DNA of 64,000 nt from an uncultured Candidatus Saccharibacteria bacterium (GTDB taxonomy: Bacteria > Patescibacteriota > Saccharimonadia > Saccharimonadales > SZUA-47): NCBI GenBank assembly GCA_964536485.1, contig CAZHXX010000007.1, positions 1,937 to 65,936 of the forward strand, in the 5' to 3' direction. The notes under the pieces are model-generated. The model made no database searches and was not told where the DNA came from. It saw nothing but the letters and a program-made list of their open reading frames with translations. Of this stretch, positions 28,985 through 36,095 are shown one piece after another. Position 1 is the stretch's first letter. Each line of letters starts with the position of its first letter. A program made the position numbers and the translations under genes.

Positions 28985-29830
28985 ATGACCGATAACTCAA
29001 AAGATAACATGCAACTTGCAATTAATGAAGCTAAGAAGGCTCCTGAAGGTAGTCCCAGGGTTGGCACCGTTATTGTAAAAAACGGAAGGGTTTTAGCTAA
29101 GGCATACAGAGGTAAATACGGAGAGCACCTACACGCGGAGCACTGTGCATTAATAGAGGCAAAAAACGCAGGAACAAACATAAGAGGTGCTACTGTATAC
29201 ACTACATTAGAGCCTTGTAACGAAGTTAGGAGTGCATCTAAGGTTCCGTGTGCTGACCAGCTTATAGAAGCAGGAGTAGCTGAAGTTTATATAGGTAGTT
29301 ATGATCGAAATCCTGTTGTTTATCGTCAAGGCTGGAGAAGACTAAGAGATGCCGGCTTGAAGCTTTACGATTTTGATGAACAGCACCGTCAGCAGGTTAA
29401 ATATTTAAACAGTCGCTCGGATGGTAATTTTCTTTACAGTGTTGGGAAAAGTGGAGGCGCAAAGTTTGACTACATGCAAAATGGAGGAAAATTTGAGGTT
29501 TTTTATGATGAGTCTAAAGCTATTGTTTTTAAAACTAGATGGAGCCAAAAAGGCCCACGTTCTATTTATGCATATGGTGGACAGCCTGGGATCGTTTCTC
29601 TAGCCAAATACGCGGTAAATTTTGAGGAGATTGATGATCCAGACGCTTACGACTATGAAGGTAGTTCAGTATCCGGTTATGAAGGAGACATAGTCATTTT
29701 CAGGAATGCAGAAGGGCATGCTCTAGTTAAGATTTGTGAAGTTCAAGTCGGAGCACCCTGGGACAATAAAAATACTTCGCTGAAGATTAAGTATCAACTA
29801 AGGCTTAAAGAGTCTAGTAAACAAAGCTAA
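28985..29830 (+). CDS. CMP/dCMP-type (RibD-like) zinc deaminase fused to an uncharacterised C-terminal domain
   Basis: HAEHCAL...TLEPC...PCADQLIEAGV zinc-binding signature in the first ~150 aa. The remaining ~130 aa have no recognisable motif. Confidence 0.65.
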   Translation: MTDNSKDNMQLAINEAKKAPEGSPRVGTVIVKNGRVLAKAYRGKYGEHLHAEHCALIEAKNAGTNIRGATVYTTLEPCNEVRSASKVPCADQLIEAGVAEVYIGSYDRNPVVYRQGWRRLRDAGLKLYDFDEQHRQQVKYLNSRSDGNFLYSVGKSGGAKFDYMQNGGKFEVFYDESKAIVFKTRWSQKGPRSIYAYGGQPGIVSLAKYAVNFEEIDDPDAYDYEGSSVSGYEGDIVIFRNAEGHALVKICEVQVGAPWDNKNTSLKIKYQLRLKESSKQS

Positions 29831-29860
29831 AAACTGTTAAAGATTTGCTAAGATGAAGTT

Positions 29861-30409
29861 ATGAATGCAGTATTTCTAGACCGAGATGGAACGATTAACA
29901 TTGGTATACCGAGAATCTCGAGAGTTGATAGTCCTGAAAAGGTTGAATTACTCCCGACGGTTATTGAAGCGCTTAGTCTTTTAGCGACTTTGGACTATAA
30001 AGTGTTTTTAGTGACGAATCAGGCCGGCATCGCAGAAGGTAAGATAACAGTAGAAGAATTTGAAAAGATAAACGAGCGAACCCTTGAGCTCATTAGACCA
30101 AGTGGTATAGATATAACTGAGACATACTATTGCCCGCACGGTGAACAAGACGCTTGTGAGTGTAAAAAGCCAAAACCTAAGATGCTCTTTGATGCTGCTC
30201 AAAAGTATGACTTAGACTTAGAAAATTCATTTATGATAGGAGATAGAATTTCAGACATAGACACAGGAATTAATGCTGGGACGAAGACAATCCTAGTGTT
30301 GTCTGGTGAAATAGTTGAGGCTCCGCAGGCAACTTATACAGCAAGTAATTTGCTTAAAGCAATTCAGTTCATAGCTGTAAGCAAAAACTATAACTCACCA
30401 AAAAAATGA
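29861..30409 (+). CDS. HAD-IIIA phosphatase, GmhB/histidinol-phosphatase-like
   Basis: VFLDRDGTIN motif I, VTNQAG, zinc-loop CPHGEQDACECKKPKP, GDRISD. Confidence 0.7.
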   Translation: MNAVFLDRDGTINIGIPRISRVDSPEKVELLPTVIEALSLLATLDYKVFLVTNQAGIAEGKITVEEFEKINERTLELIRPSGIDITETYYCPHGEQDACECKKPKPKMLFDAAQKYDLDLENSFMIGDRISDIDTGINAGTKTILVLSGEIVEAPQATYTASNLLKAIQFIAVSKNYNSPKK

Positions 30410-30428
30410 ACTCCACCAGCAAATACCT
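30394..30428 (+). repeat. cassette-junction direct repeat, copy D
   Basis: CTCACCAAAAAAATGAACTCCACCAGCAAATACCT. It overlaps the stop codon of 29861-30409. Confidence 0.7.
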
Positions 30429-30471
30429 CAAAAATTCAAAAGATTTAAAAACATCGTGCTACAACCCTGAA

Positions 30472-31791
30472 TCAGAGAAGTTTATTCTTAGCATTTCTCC
30501 TAGTCTTATTTAGTTGTCTTGCAATAATATTAGATTCAGTTTTTTTGTAAGCACCTCGCATATAATCAGCTTTTTTCTGACCTCTCAAATGCCTTGAAAT
30601 CGTAGAAGATCGAAATGATATTGAAGCTCCGTTAAAATGAAAGCCTAAGTACTGAGGGTCTTTTCGTTTGCTCGAAACTTTATTATCAATACTTTTAGTT
30701 ATGTTCTCAAGATCCGTTTCACCTTCTATTTTACGAAAGACTTCTGTCTTTTTTAAGCTTAGTCTAAGCCCATGAGACGCCAGGGCTTTAGATATATTTA
30801 GATATACATTCTTAGATTGTCCTATTGGGCATATTATTAAAATATCGTCACTGTAACGCTGGTAAAAACCACCGAGACTTCCTACTACTACCTCTTTAGT
30901 AGCTTTATCAAACTCTGATAAATATAAATTTGCTAGTAGCCCACTGATTGGGCTTCCTTGTGGTATGCCGAACCCTGACTTATTAGTCTTGACCTCTTTT
31001 TTTAAATACTTATTATAATCACTAAGACTACAAAATTTTCTGGATTCGTCTATTTTTGTCAGGAATTTCCTTTTGTTCTTTTTGAGTATTTTAAGAGCTT
31101 CGCTATATTCAAGGTATCTATAGCGTGTAATATTTTTAAATATAACTTCATGGTCTGGATTGGCTGAAAATCCACCTTCCAATATTGAGTTCCATCTTTC
31201 GTGGAGTATTGAGTGATTCAGGTTATCGAAAAAACCTTTAACATCCAACATTATGCATTCGTATTCTGTCCTATTTCGCATTTCATCAAATGCTTCTTTC
31301 GCAAAATCAACGTTATTCTTTCCGTCAACTGATCTGTATGCAATAACATTATTTTCAAGTGATTCTTGCAATAAAAACTTCTCGTAATCTTTCTGTAATA
31401 AATACGAGTAGAAGGAAAGTATCGTCGCATCCCAATGGGAAGCATACATAATAAGCCTAGTTTTAATATGTGGAAATTTTTTCTGGCTACGCTCTCCCTT
31501 TAAAGATGAGAATTCATAGTCGTAAGGAGGCTGAACAAACCTTCTCAGTCGTTTTCCATTTTTTATAAAAGGCAGAAAACCATGACTCTCAAGTCTACCT
31601 TCTTGGCAGATAATTTCTTTTAGTTTTGCTGCTTGAGCTACATCGTTACCAATACGTGGATAGTGCAGTTTGTTATCTATATGGGGGTAGTTACGCTCGC
31701 CAATGAATTTTTTGCCAAATTTCTTATTTCCAAGCGTGGCTTTATGCTTTTGATAAACTAGCCATTCATTAAATTGAATCGTATGTCTCAT
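30472..31791 (-). CDS. stand-alone reverse transcriptase (non-group-II, non-DGR; Abi/UG/DRT-like)
   Basis: RT motifs KTRLIMYASHWD (1-2), IMLDVKGFFDNLNH (A), FGIPQGSPISGLLANLYL (B'), YQRYSDDILIICP (C), LSLKKTEVF (D/6), YLGFHFNG (7). No extra enzymatic domain. The gene is strongly AT-rich. Confidence 0.85.
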   Translation of the reverse strand: MRHTIQFNEWLVYQKHKATLGNKKFGKKFIGERNYPHIDNKLHYPRIGNDVAQAAKLKEIICQEGRLESHGFLPFIKNGKRLRRFVQPPYDYEFSSLKGERSQKKFPHIKTRLIMYASHWDATILSFYSYLLQKDYEKFLLQESLENNVIAYRSVDGKNNVDFAKEAFDEMRNRTEYECIMLDVKGFFDNLNHSILHERWNSILEGGFSANPDHEVIFKNITRYRYLEYSEALKILKKNKRKFLTKIDESRKFCSLSDYNKYLKKEVKTNKSGFGIPQGSPISGLLANLYLSEFDKATKEVVVGSLGGFYQRYSDDILIICPIGQSKNVYLNISKALASHGLRLSLKKTEVFRKIEGETDLENITKSIDNKVSSKRKDPQYLGFHFNGASISFRSSTISRHLRGQKKADYMRGAYKKTESNIIARQLNKTRRNAKNKLL

Positions 31792-32257
31792 ACAGACTTG
31801 AAACTCGACTCCTCGGTGTGGCGCAACACTTTTACATTGCTGTGAGGAGTCGATACATGCAGTAGAGCACTTGCGAAGTGGTGCAGCATAGAGCGGGGTA
31901 ATGGAAAGGTATTTTCTCCAAAGAAATTACGCCTAAGTCAATTCAATCGCGGAGATATACAATAATATCATGGGATATATTGCCATAATTACTATCGCAA
32001 ACTTCATCGTTGGTAAAGGTGAACTACTGTTGAAGTTCAAGAGTAGTTTATCTTTACGCTTGACCGCCTCTGTTAGCTTTACAAGCTTTCTCGGGCTTGA
32101 CCTATGTCCTGTCTCAGCTACTATAATGTGGATCCCGCTTCTCCGTCCACACGTACTATAAAGCTATAGTAGTGGGTTGTTGTTACCCTCAACAGTATCT
32201 TTATTATAGCAAATTTAGAATAAAAAGCTATAGCTTACTAGAATGTATCAAGTCTGT
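31792..32257 (-). ncRNA. candidate RT-associated non-coding RNA / long structured 5' leader
   Basis: No ORF on the RT strand. Bounded by a 10-nt inverted repeat at 31792-31801 and 32248-32257. Contains a 9-bp stem (31806-31814 with 31844-31852) and an 11-bp hairpin at 32022-32048. An extended -10 TGCTATAAT reads on the minus strand at 32211-32203. Confidence 0.35.
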
Positions 32258-32290
32258 CAAACTGCTAGTGCTTAATTGTTGGGTTAAATT

Positions 32291-32536
32291 TCAGCATGTA
32301 GCCTCCAGCATAAAGCAAGAAAACCGATGCCTATTACTCAAAATGCAGTGAATCATTTCCGAGGACATGTCAAAAGTCTTCTTATTCAGTAACTACTTTT
32401 GACCGCTTGCCGTCCCGCAGGAACACTACATTTTGAGTAATTGGCAGTCGCAGTTCTTCTTGCCAGCTGGCGGGGCGTTTTGGGTACTTTTGGACCTGTA
32501 GCTAAAAGTACCGCTGGGTATGGGCAGGCAAAGCCC
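32291..32536 (-). repeat. structured repeat locus R3: single unit, same strand as the RT
   Basis: Homologous to 13338-13572. It has the head hairpin GTACTTTT...AAAAGTAC, the GTCAAAAGT/ACTTTTGAC apical stem and the TCATTTCCGAGGAC motif. Confidence 0.8.
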
Positions 32537-32538
32537 AT

Positions 32539-33186
32539 TTATTTAATCCTATACTCCCTCGAAACTCCCCACCCGGAAGCCGCAACGTCCCCACGATGGG
32601 TCAAAAGTTGCATATAATGCTGAACCCGGCGTGGCGGAAGATTGAGAGCGCGAGCTATAGTGCGGTTACTCGCAGGGCTGTGAGAAGAGATAAAAGCCAA
32701 AATATCTGAAACATTTTTTTGTGCAACTGCCTGCCGAGCTTCGACGCCCTGGCGACTTAACGACGCCTGGTTTTTCTTGGCATAGAGCGAGGCGGCAGCT
32801 TTGAGTTGCGCGTCGGAAAGCTGAGAAATGTCTATCTCTGCTGCGGGTGGTGGCGGGGTGACTGGTGGTGCCGGAGCAGGGGCAGGTGGCTCCGGTGCGG
32901 GCGCCTTTATCACAGGTGCTGGTGCTGGTTCGGGAACGGTAATGGGTTCTGGACTAGGTTCGGGAATTATGACTGGTTCTGGGACAACGATTGGTTCTGG
33001 CTGGTGAGTTGGTTCAGGAGCAGGTTCTGCAGGAACAGATTCTACAGGTGCTGGCGCAGGGGACGGTATCTCTGCAGGCGGTGCAACGGGTGGTTCTGTT
33101 GCAGGAGTTTCTACTGGTGCAACTTCAACACTTGGCTCTAGTGGCGTGTCCGCTGGTGGTTCTGGAACGGGTGTTTGGTCGTCCAT
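32539..33186 (-). CDS. proline-rich protein with C-terminal winged-helix DNA-binding domain
   Basis: The N-terminal ~110 aa are P/E/A/V-rich. C-terminus is SNRTIARALNLPPRRVQHYMQLLTHRGDV. Confidence 0.55.
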   Translation of the reverse strand: MDDQTPVPEPPADTPLEPSVEVAPVETPATEPPVAPPAEIPSPAPAPVESVPAEPAPEPTHQPEPIVVPEPVIIPEPSPEPITVPEPAPAPVIKAPAPEPPAPAPAPPVTPPPPAAEIDISQLSDAQLKAAASLYAKKNQASLSRQGVEARQAVAQKNVSDILAFISSHSPASNRTIARALNLPPRRVQHYMQLLTHRGDVAASGWGVSREYRIK

Positions 33187-33195
33187 GCTGAAACT

Positions 33196-33645
33196 CTATA
33201 GTTTGATTGGTGTTTTGGGGAAGCCCTTTTTCAGTGCAAGCTCGATAGCAGTTTGAAGCTGAGGGGTACGAAAAGGGAGGTGCTTAAAACTACCTTTGTC
33301 TATCCAGAGTGGTGTGTGTACGTTGCCTTGCATAGAGTTGCTGGCAAGCTTTGCTTCTTCGCTGTCGTCTGAAAGTGCGATGTCGTTGCCGTGTGGACCG
33401 ACGGTGCAGAGGAAAATATATTGTTCTGCATAGGGTTCTGGATGAAGCTCGACGAAGACAAGTTGGGTGCTGGTGACATCGAGACCTGTTTCTTCTTTAA
33501 CTTCACGGATGACGCCTTGTTCTAAGGTTTCGCCTTCTTTTACGCCACCACCAACCAATGTGTAGTACTGGTTGCCGGCTTTAAGGCGACGCATAATAAG
33601 GATACGGTTGTTTTCTATGACTATGGCTCTTGCTGATTTGTTCAT
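33196..33645 (-). CDS. NUDIX hydrolase
   Basis: Nudix box GGGVKEGETLEQGVIREVKEETGL. Confidence 0.85.
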   Translation of the reverse strand: MNKSARAIVIENNRILIMRRLKAGNQYYTLVGGGVKEGETLEQGVIREVKEETGLDVTSTQLVFVELHPEPYAEQYIFLCTVGPHGNDIALSDDSEEAKLASNSMQGNVHTPLWIDKGSFKHLPFRTPQLQTAIELALKKGFPKTPIKL

Positions 33646-33688
33646 ATGCTGAAGTATAGCGAACGGAGCCTGTGTTTTAAAGGAAGGG

Positions 33689-34081
33689 TTAGTTTTTGAG
33701 CAAGATTGATATCTGTAATGTGGTAGCTATGCAGACCCATACGAGATAGGGGATAAAGGCTATGGCGATAAATTTCTGGTATGGCCAGATAGCTATCATT
33801 GACCAGATGATGGTCGCGAGAACCAGAAGGATGTCAACGACGGCGAGAAAATTGTTACGGAGGCCAAATTGAATCGGTGTAAAGATGAGGTTGAAGCCAA
33901 GATTGAGCCAAAATGGTAGGGCGGTTTTGGTTGATATCTTGTCTTGTGCAAGTAGGACGATGACGTAAATGTTAACCGCAAAAATAATCGGGTAAATGAC
34001 TGACCAGACTTGGCCAAAGACACTTTCATGTGGTGCCCACGAAGGTTTTTTGAGTGCTCTGTACCATCCTTGACTGTTCAT
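33689..34081 (-). CDS. TspO/MBR family tryptophan-rich membrane protein
   Basis: WYRALKKPSWAPHESVFGQVWSVIYPII motif and 4-5 TM helices. Confidence 0.7.
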   Translation of the reverse strand: MNSQGWYRALKKPSWAPHESVFGQVWSVIYPIIFAVNIYVIVLLAQDKISTKTALPFWLNLGFNLIFTPIQFGLRNNFLAVVDILLVLATIIWSMIAIWPYQKFIAIAFIPYLVWVCIATTLQISILLKN

Positions 34082-34157
34082 AGTAGGGGTAAGTATGGGC
34101 TTATGGAGAGGGCTTGTAAATAAGATTTATTGCAGAATATTCTGTACTTTTTTTGGT

Positions 34158-34385
34158 GGGCTATGCCTGCCCACACCCAGCCTTACTTTTCTCTCCAGCT
34201 AGAAAAGTAAGCAAAAGAGCCGCAGCCTACACAAAAAAGCGATGAAAATGAATCATAAATGAAACGTGCCTGCGGAACGGCAAGCGGTCAAAAGTAGTTA
34301 TTGAATAGGAAGACTTTTGACTGGTCCTCGGCAATGACTCGTTCATTTTTGTATTCCTTTTCTCGGTTTTTGCGTTTGAGGCTGG
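34158..34385 (+). repeat. structured repeat locus R4: single unit
   Basis: Head GGGCTATGCCTGCCCACACCCAGCC, hairpin TTACTTTTC...GAAAAGTAA, GCCTGCGGAACGGCAAGCGGTC, apical GTCAAAAGT/ACTTTTGAC, GTCCTCGGCAATGA. Confidence 0.8.
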
Positions 34386-34498
34386 TTTGACTGCATGGTC
34401 CAATGTGTAGAGAGTTAAATAGGATTTTATATTTTCGTTCAGAATTTGTTGACAGCTTGGTACATAACTTTATATAGTTAACTAGTAAGTTAACTATT

Positions 34499-34849
34499 AT
34501 GGAACACGATTCACCACAACTCGATATGCTCTTTGAGGCTCTGGCCCACAAGCATCGTCGTGAAATAATCTATACACTTGGATTGCAACCAAGGTCCATA
34601 AGCCAGCTAGCTATACAGCAGGGGTTATCATTGCCTGCGATTTATAAGCACATTTCTGCGCTAGAAGAGGCTGGGCTAATAATGCGCAAGAAGAGTGGTC
34701 GAACCAACTTCTTAGCATTGAATAAAAAGAACCTTATGGTTTTGCAGAAATGGTTAATGCAGTACAACGCACATTGGGGCAACCAGGAAGAGTCGCTTGA
34801 AAACTATGTAAAAGCTATAGAGCAAGCAGAGAAACAAGTAATTAAATAA
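34499..34849 (+). CDS. ArsR/SmtB-family HTH transcriptional regulator
   Basis: LFEALAHKHRREIIYTL...SISQLA...SLPAIYKHISALEEAGLI. Confidence 0.75.
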   Translation: MEHDSPQLDMLFEALAHKHRREIIYTLGLQPRSISQLAIQQGLSLPAIYKHISALEEAGLIMRKKSGRTNFLALNKKNLMVLQKWLMQYNAHWGNQEESLENYVKAIEQAEKQVIK

Positions 34850-34860
34850 AGGAGAATAAG

Positions 34861-35205
34861 ATGAAAAAATTCGTGTTTATATACTTTGGTGGTACAGAAT
34901 CTGTTAAAACAGCCGAGAATGTACAAGCGTATTCAATGCAGCAGATAATGGCAGACTGGGGCAAATGGTTTGAAGAACTTGGGCCTGCGCTAGTTGACGG
35001 GGGGAGCCCTTTCAACAGTGATGGGCAGTCGGTGACACTCAATGGTGCGGCACCGATTATGCCCGCTGATATGCCAGCTACAGGGTACACGATTGTGAAC
35101 GCTGAGAGCATGGAAGCTGCCGTAGAGCTTGCAAAGGGTTGCCCGAGCCATAAACACATGGATGGTAAGGCGGTAGTGCAAGTGTACGAAGCTATGCCAA
35201 TGTAG
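34861..35205 (+). CDS. YCII/DGPF-like small protein
   Basis: MKKFVFIYFGG...GYTIVNAESMEAAVELAKGCP...VQVYE pattern typical of YCII-related domains. Confidence 0.45.
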   Translation: MKKFVFIYFGGTESVKTAENVQAYSMQQIMADWGKWFEELGPALVDGGSPFNSDGQSVTLNGAAPIMPADMPATGYTIVNAESMEAAVELAKGCPSHKHMDGKAVVQVYEAMPM

Positions 35206-35280
35206 CATTGTATCTTTTGTAAGGGACTTAAAAAGACGCCTCGAGTGTAGGCGTCTTTTGGTATAATGATTTAGATTTCG

Positions 35281-35430
35281 CCACCTTAGCTCAGTAGTGA
35301 GAACTGCCAGTGGCAGTTTGCAAGGCCGGAACACCTGCGTGTGATTCCACACCAGATGTGAGGCGGGGCCGAGGCTGATTTGAAATTTATTTCAAGTAAG
35401 ACCGTGGCAGAGCATTTACAATATAGATAT
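35281..35430 (+). other. tRNA-Thr-like 5' fragment plus structured spacer immediately upstream of tRNA-Thr
   Basis: GCCACCTTAGCTCAGTAGTGAGA resembles a tRNA acceptor/D-arm but no cloverleaf can be completed. It is followed by the hairpin AACTGCC-AGT-GGCAGTT, which has the same GCCAGTGGC core as 11139-11155. Confidence 0.4.
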
Positions 35431-35506
35431 GCCGAAGTAGCTCAGTTGGTAGAGCATTTCATTCGTAACGAAAAGGTCGTGGGTTCAAATCCCATCTTCG
35501 GCTCCA
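35431..35506 (+). tRNA. tRNA-Thr (anticodon CGT)
   Basis: Acceptor GCCGAAG/CTTCGGC, D-arm GCTC-AGTTGGTA-GAGC, anticodon loop TTCGTAA, T-arm GTGGG-TTCAAAT-CCCAT, encoded CCA. Confidence 0.85.
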
Positions 35507-35507
35507 T

Positions 35508-35582
35508 GCGGGTATCGTATAACGGCTATTATGTATCCTTCCCAAGGATAAGACGAGAGTTCGACTCTCTCTACCCGCACCA
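35508..35582 (+). tRNA. tRNA-Gly (anticodon CCC)
   Basis: Acceptor GCGGGTA/TACCCGC, anticodon stem-loop TATCC-TTCCCAA-GGATA, T-arm GAGAG-TTCGACT-CTCTC, encoded CCA. Lies 1 nt after tRNA-Thr. Confidence 0.8.
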
Positions 35583-35729
35583 ACGATAAGTGATGATAGA
35601 CAATGGACGTTCGATTATCGAAGAGTTGCCAGATTCGAACATCAGCCTTCTAGCATCAACAATCAAACCTGATGTTCTGAGCCTTTATTACTCTTTGAAA
35701 CTACGCTATACTAGACACTAGAATCTTCT

Positions 35730-36086
35730 ATGTTTAAAATCCCTAAAAACTATTTTCATGACCGTCACGTTCTGAGCTTGGTTGGCGCAGATCTTGCGCT
35801 GTTTCTGCTTGCAACACTTAATGTACTGCTGAACGTAAAACCTGACGAAAACCCGACGAGCATTGTGGCCTACCGTGACACGACAAAGATTGGACAAATA
35901 AGTGGCGCAACAACAGAGCTCTACCAGTTTGCCGTCTTTGCCCTGATTGTGACCGTAGCATCTATTGTGCTAAGCATGAAATTGTATACACACCGTCGAC
36001 ATCTTTCTGTAGGGATATTGGGGATGTGTTCGCTTCTTTTAATACTCGACATTATTATTTTTAACGCGCTTACGAAAACTTTGTAG
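35730..36086 (+). CDS. hypothetical membrane protein
   Basis: 118 aa with 3-4 TM helices. Precedes the GT2 gene. Confidence 0.55.
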   Translation: MFKIPKNYFHDRHVLSLVGADLALFLLATLNVLLNVKPDENPTSIVAYRDTTKIGQISGATTELYQFAVFALIVTVASIVLSMKLYTHRRHLSVGILGMCSLLLILDIIIFNALTKTL

Positions 36087-36095
36087 GCTCAGAAC

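Noticed and set aside
26517-30428. The four 35-nt repeats as a CRISPR array, or as DGR template/variable repeats linked to the nearby RT
   Set aside because: The spacing is irregular (0.5-1.8 kb) and the intervals contain whole genes, so this is not CRISPR. The repeats are too short for TR/VR. Their differences are not restricted to adenine positions, and the RT lacks DGR-type motifs.
31970-32161. 63-aa hydrophobic ORF divergent from the RT, as a bona fide small membrane or toxin gene
   Set aside because: It has no convincing RBS (GGAGAT lies 13 nt away) and sits inside the structured region. It is retained only as a note within the RT finding, because an antisense stop-free frame could matter if the cDNA is expressed.
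32806-33191. Plus-strand ORFs (111 aa and 66 aa) rich in W/R/C/G
   Set aside because: They are antisense to the proline/alanine-rich repeat region of 32539-33186. This is a typical shadow ORF of low-complexity coding DNA. The same applies to 58993-59211 and 59446-59846, which lie opposite the proline linkers of the surface protein.
35281-35430. The tRNA-like region as a functional tRNA (including Sec or type II), SRP RNA or tmRNA
   Set aside because: No acceptor 3' strand, anticodon arm or T-arm can be paired. There is no SRP helix-8 AGCA/GGAA motif and no tmRNA tRNA-like 3' end.
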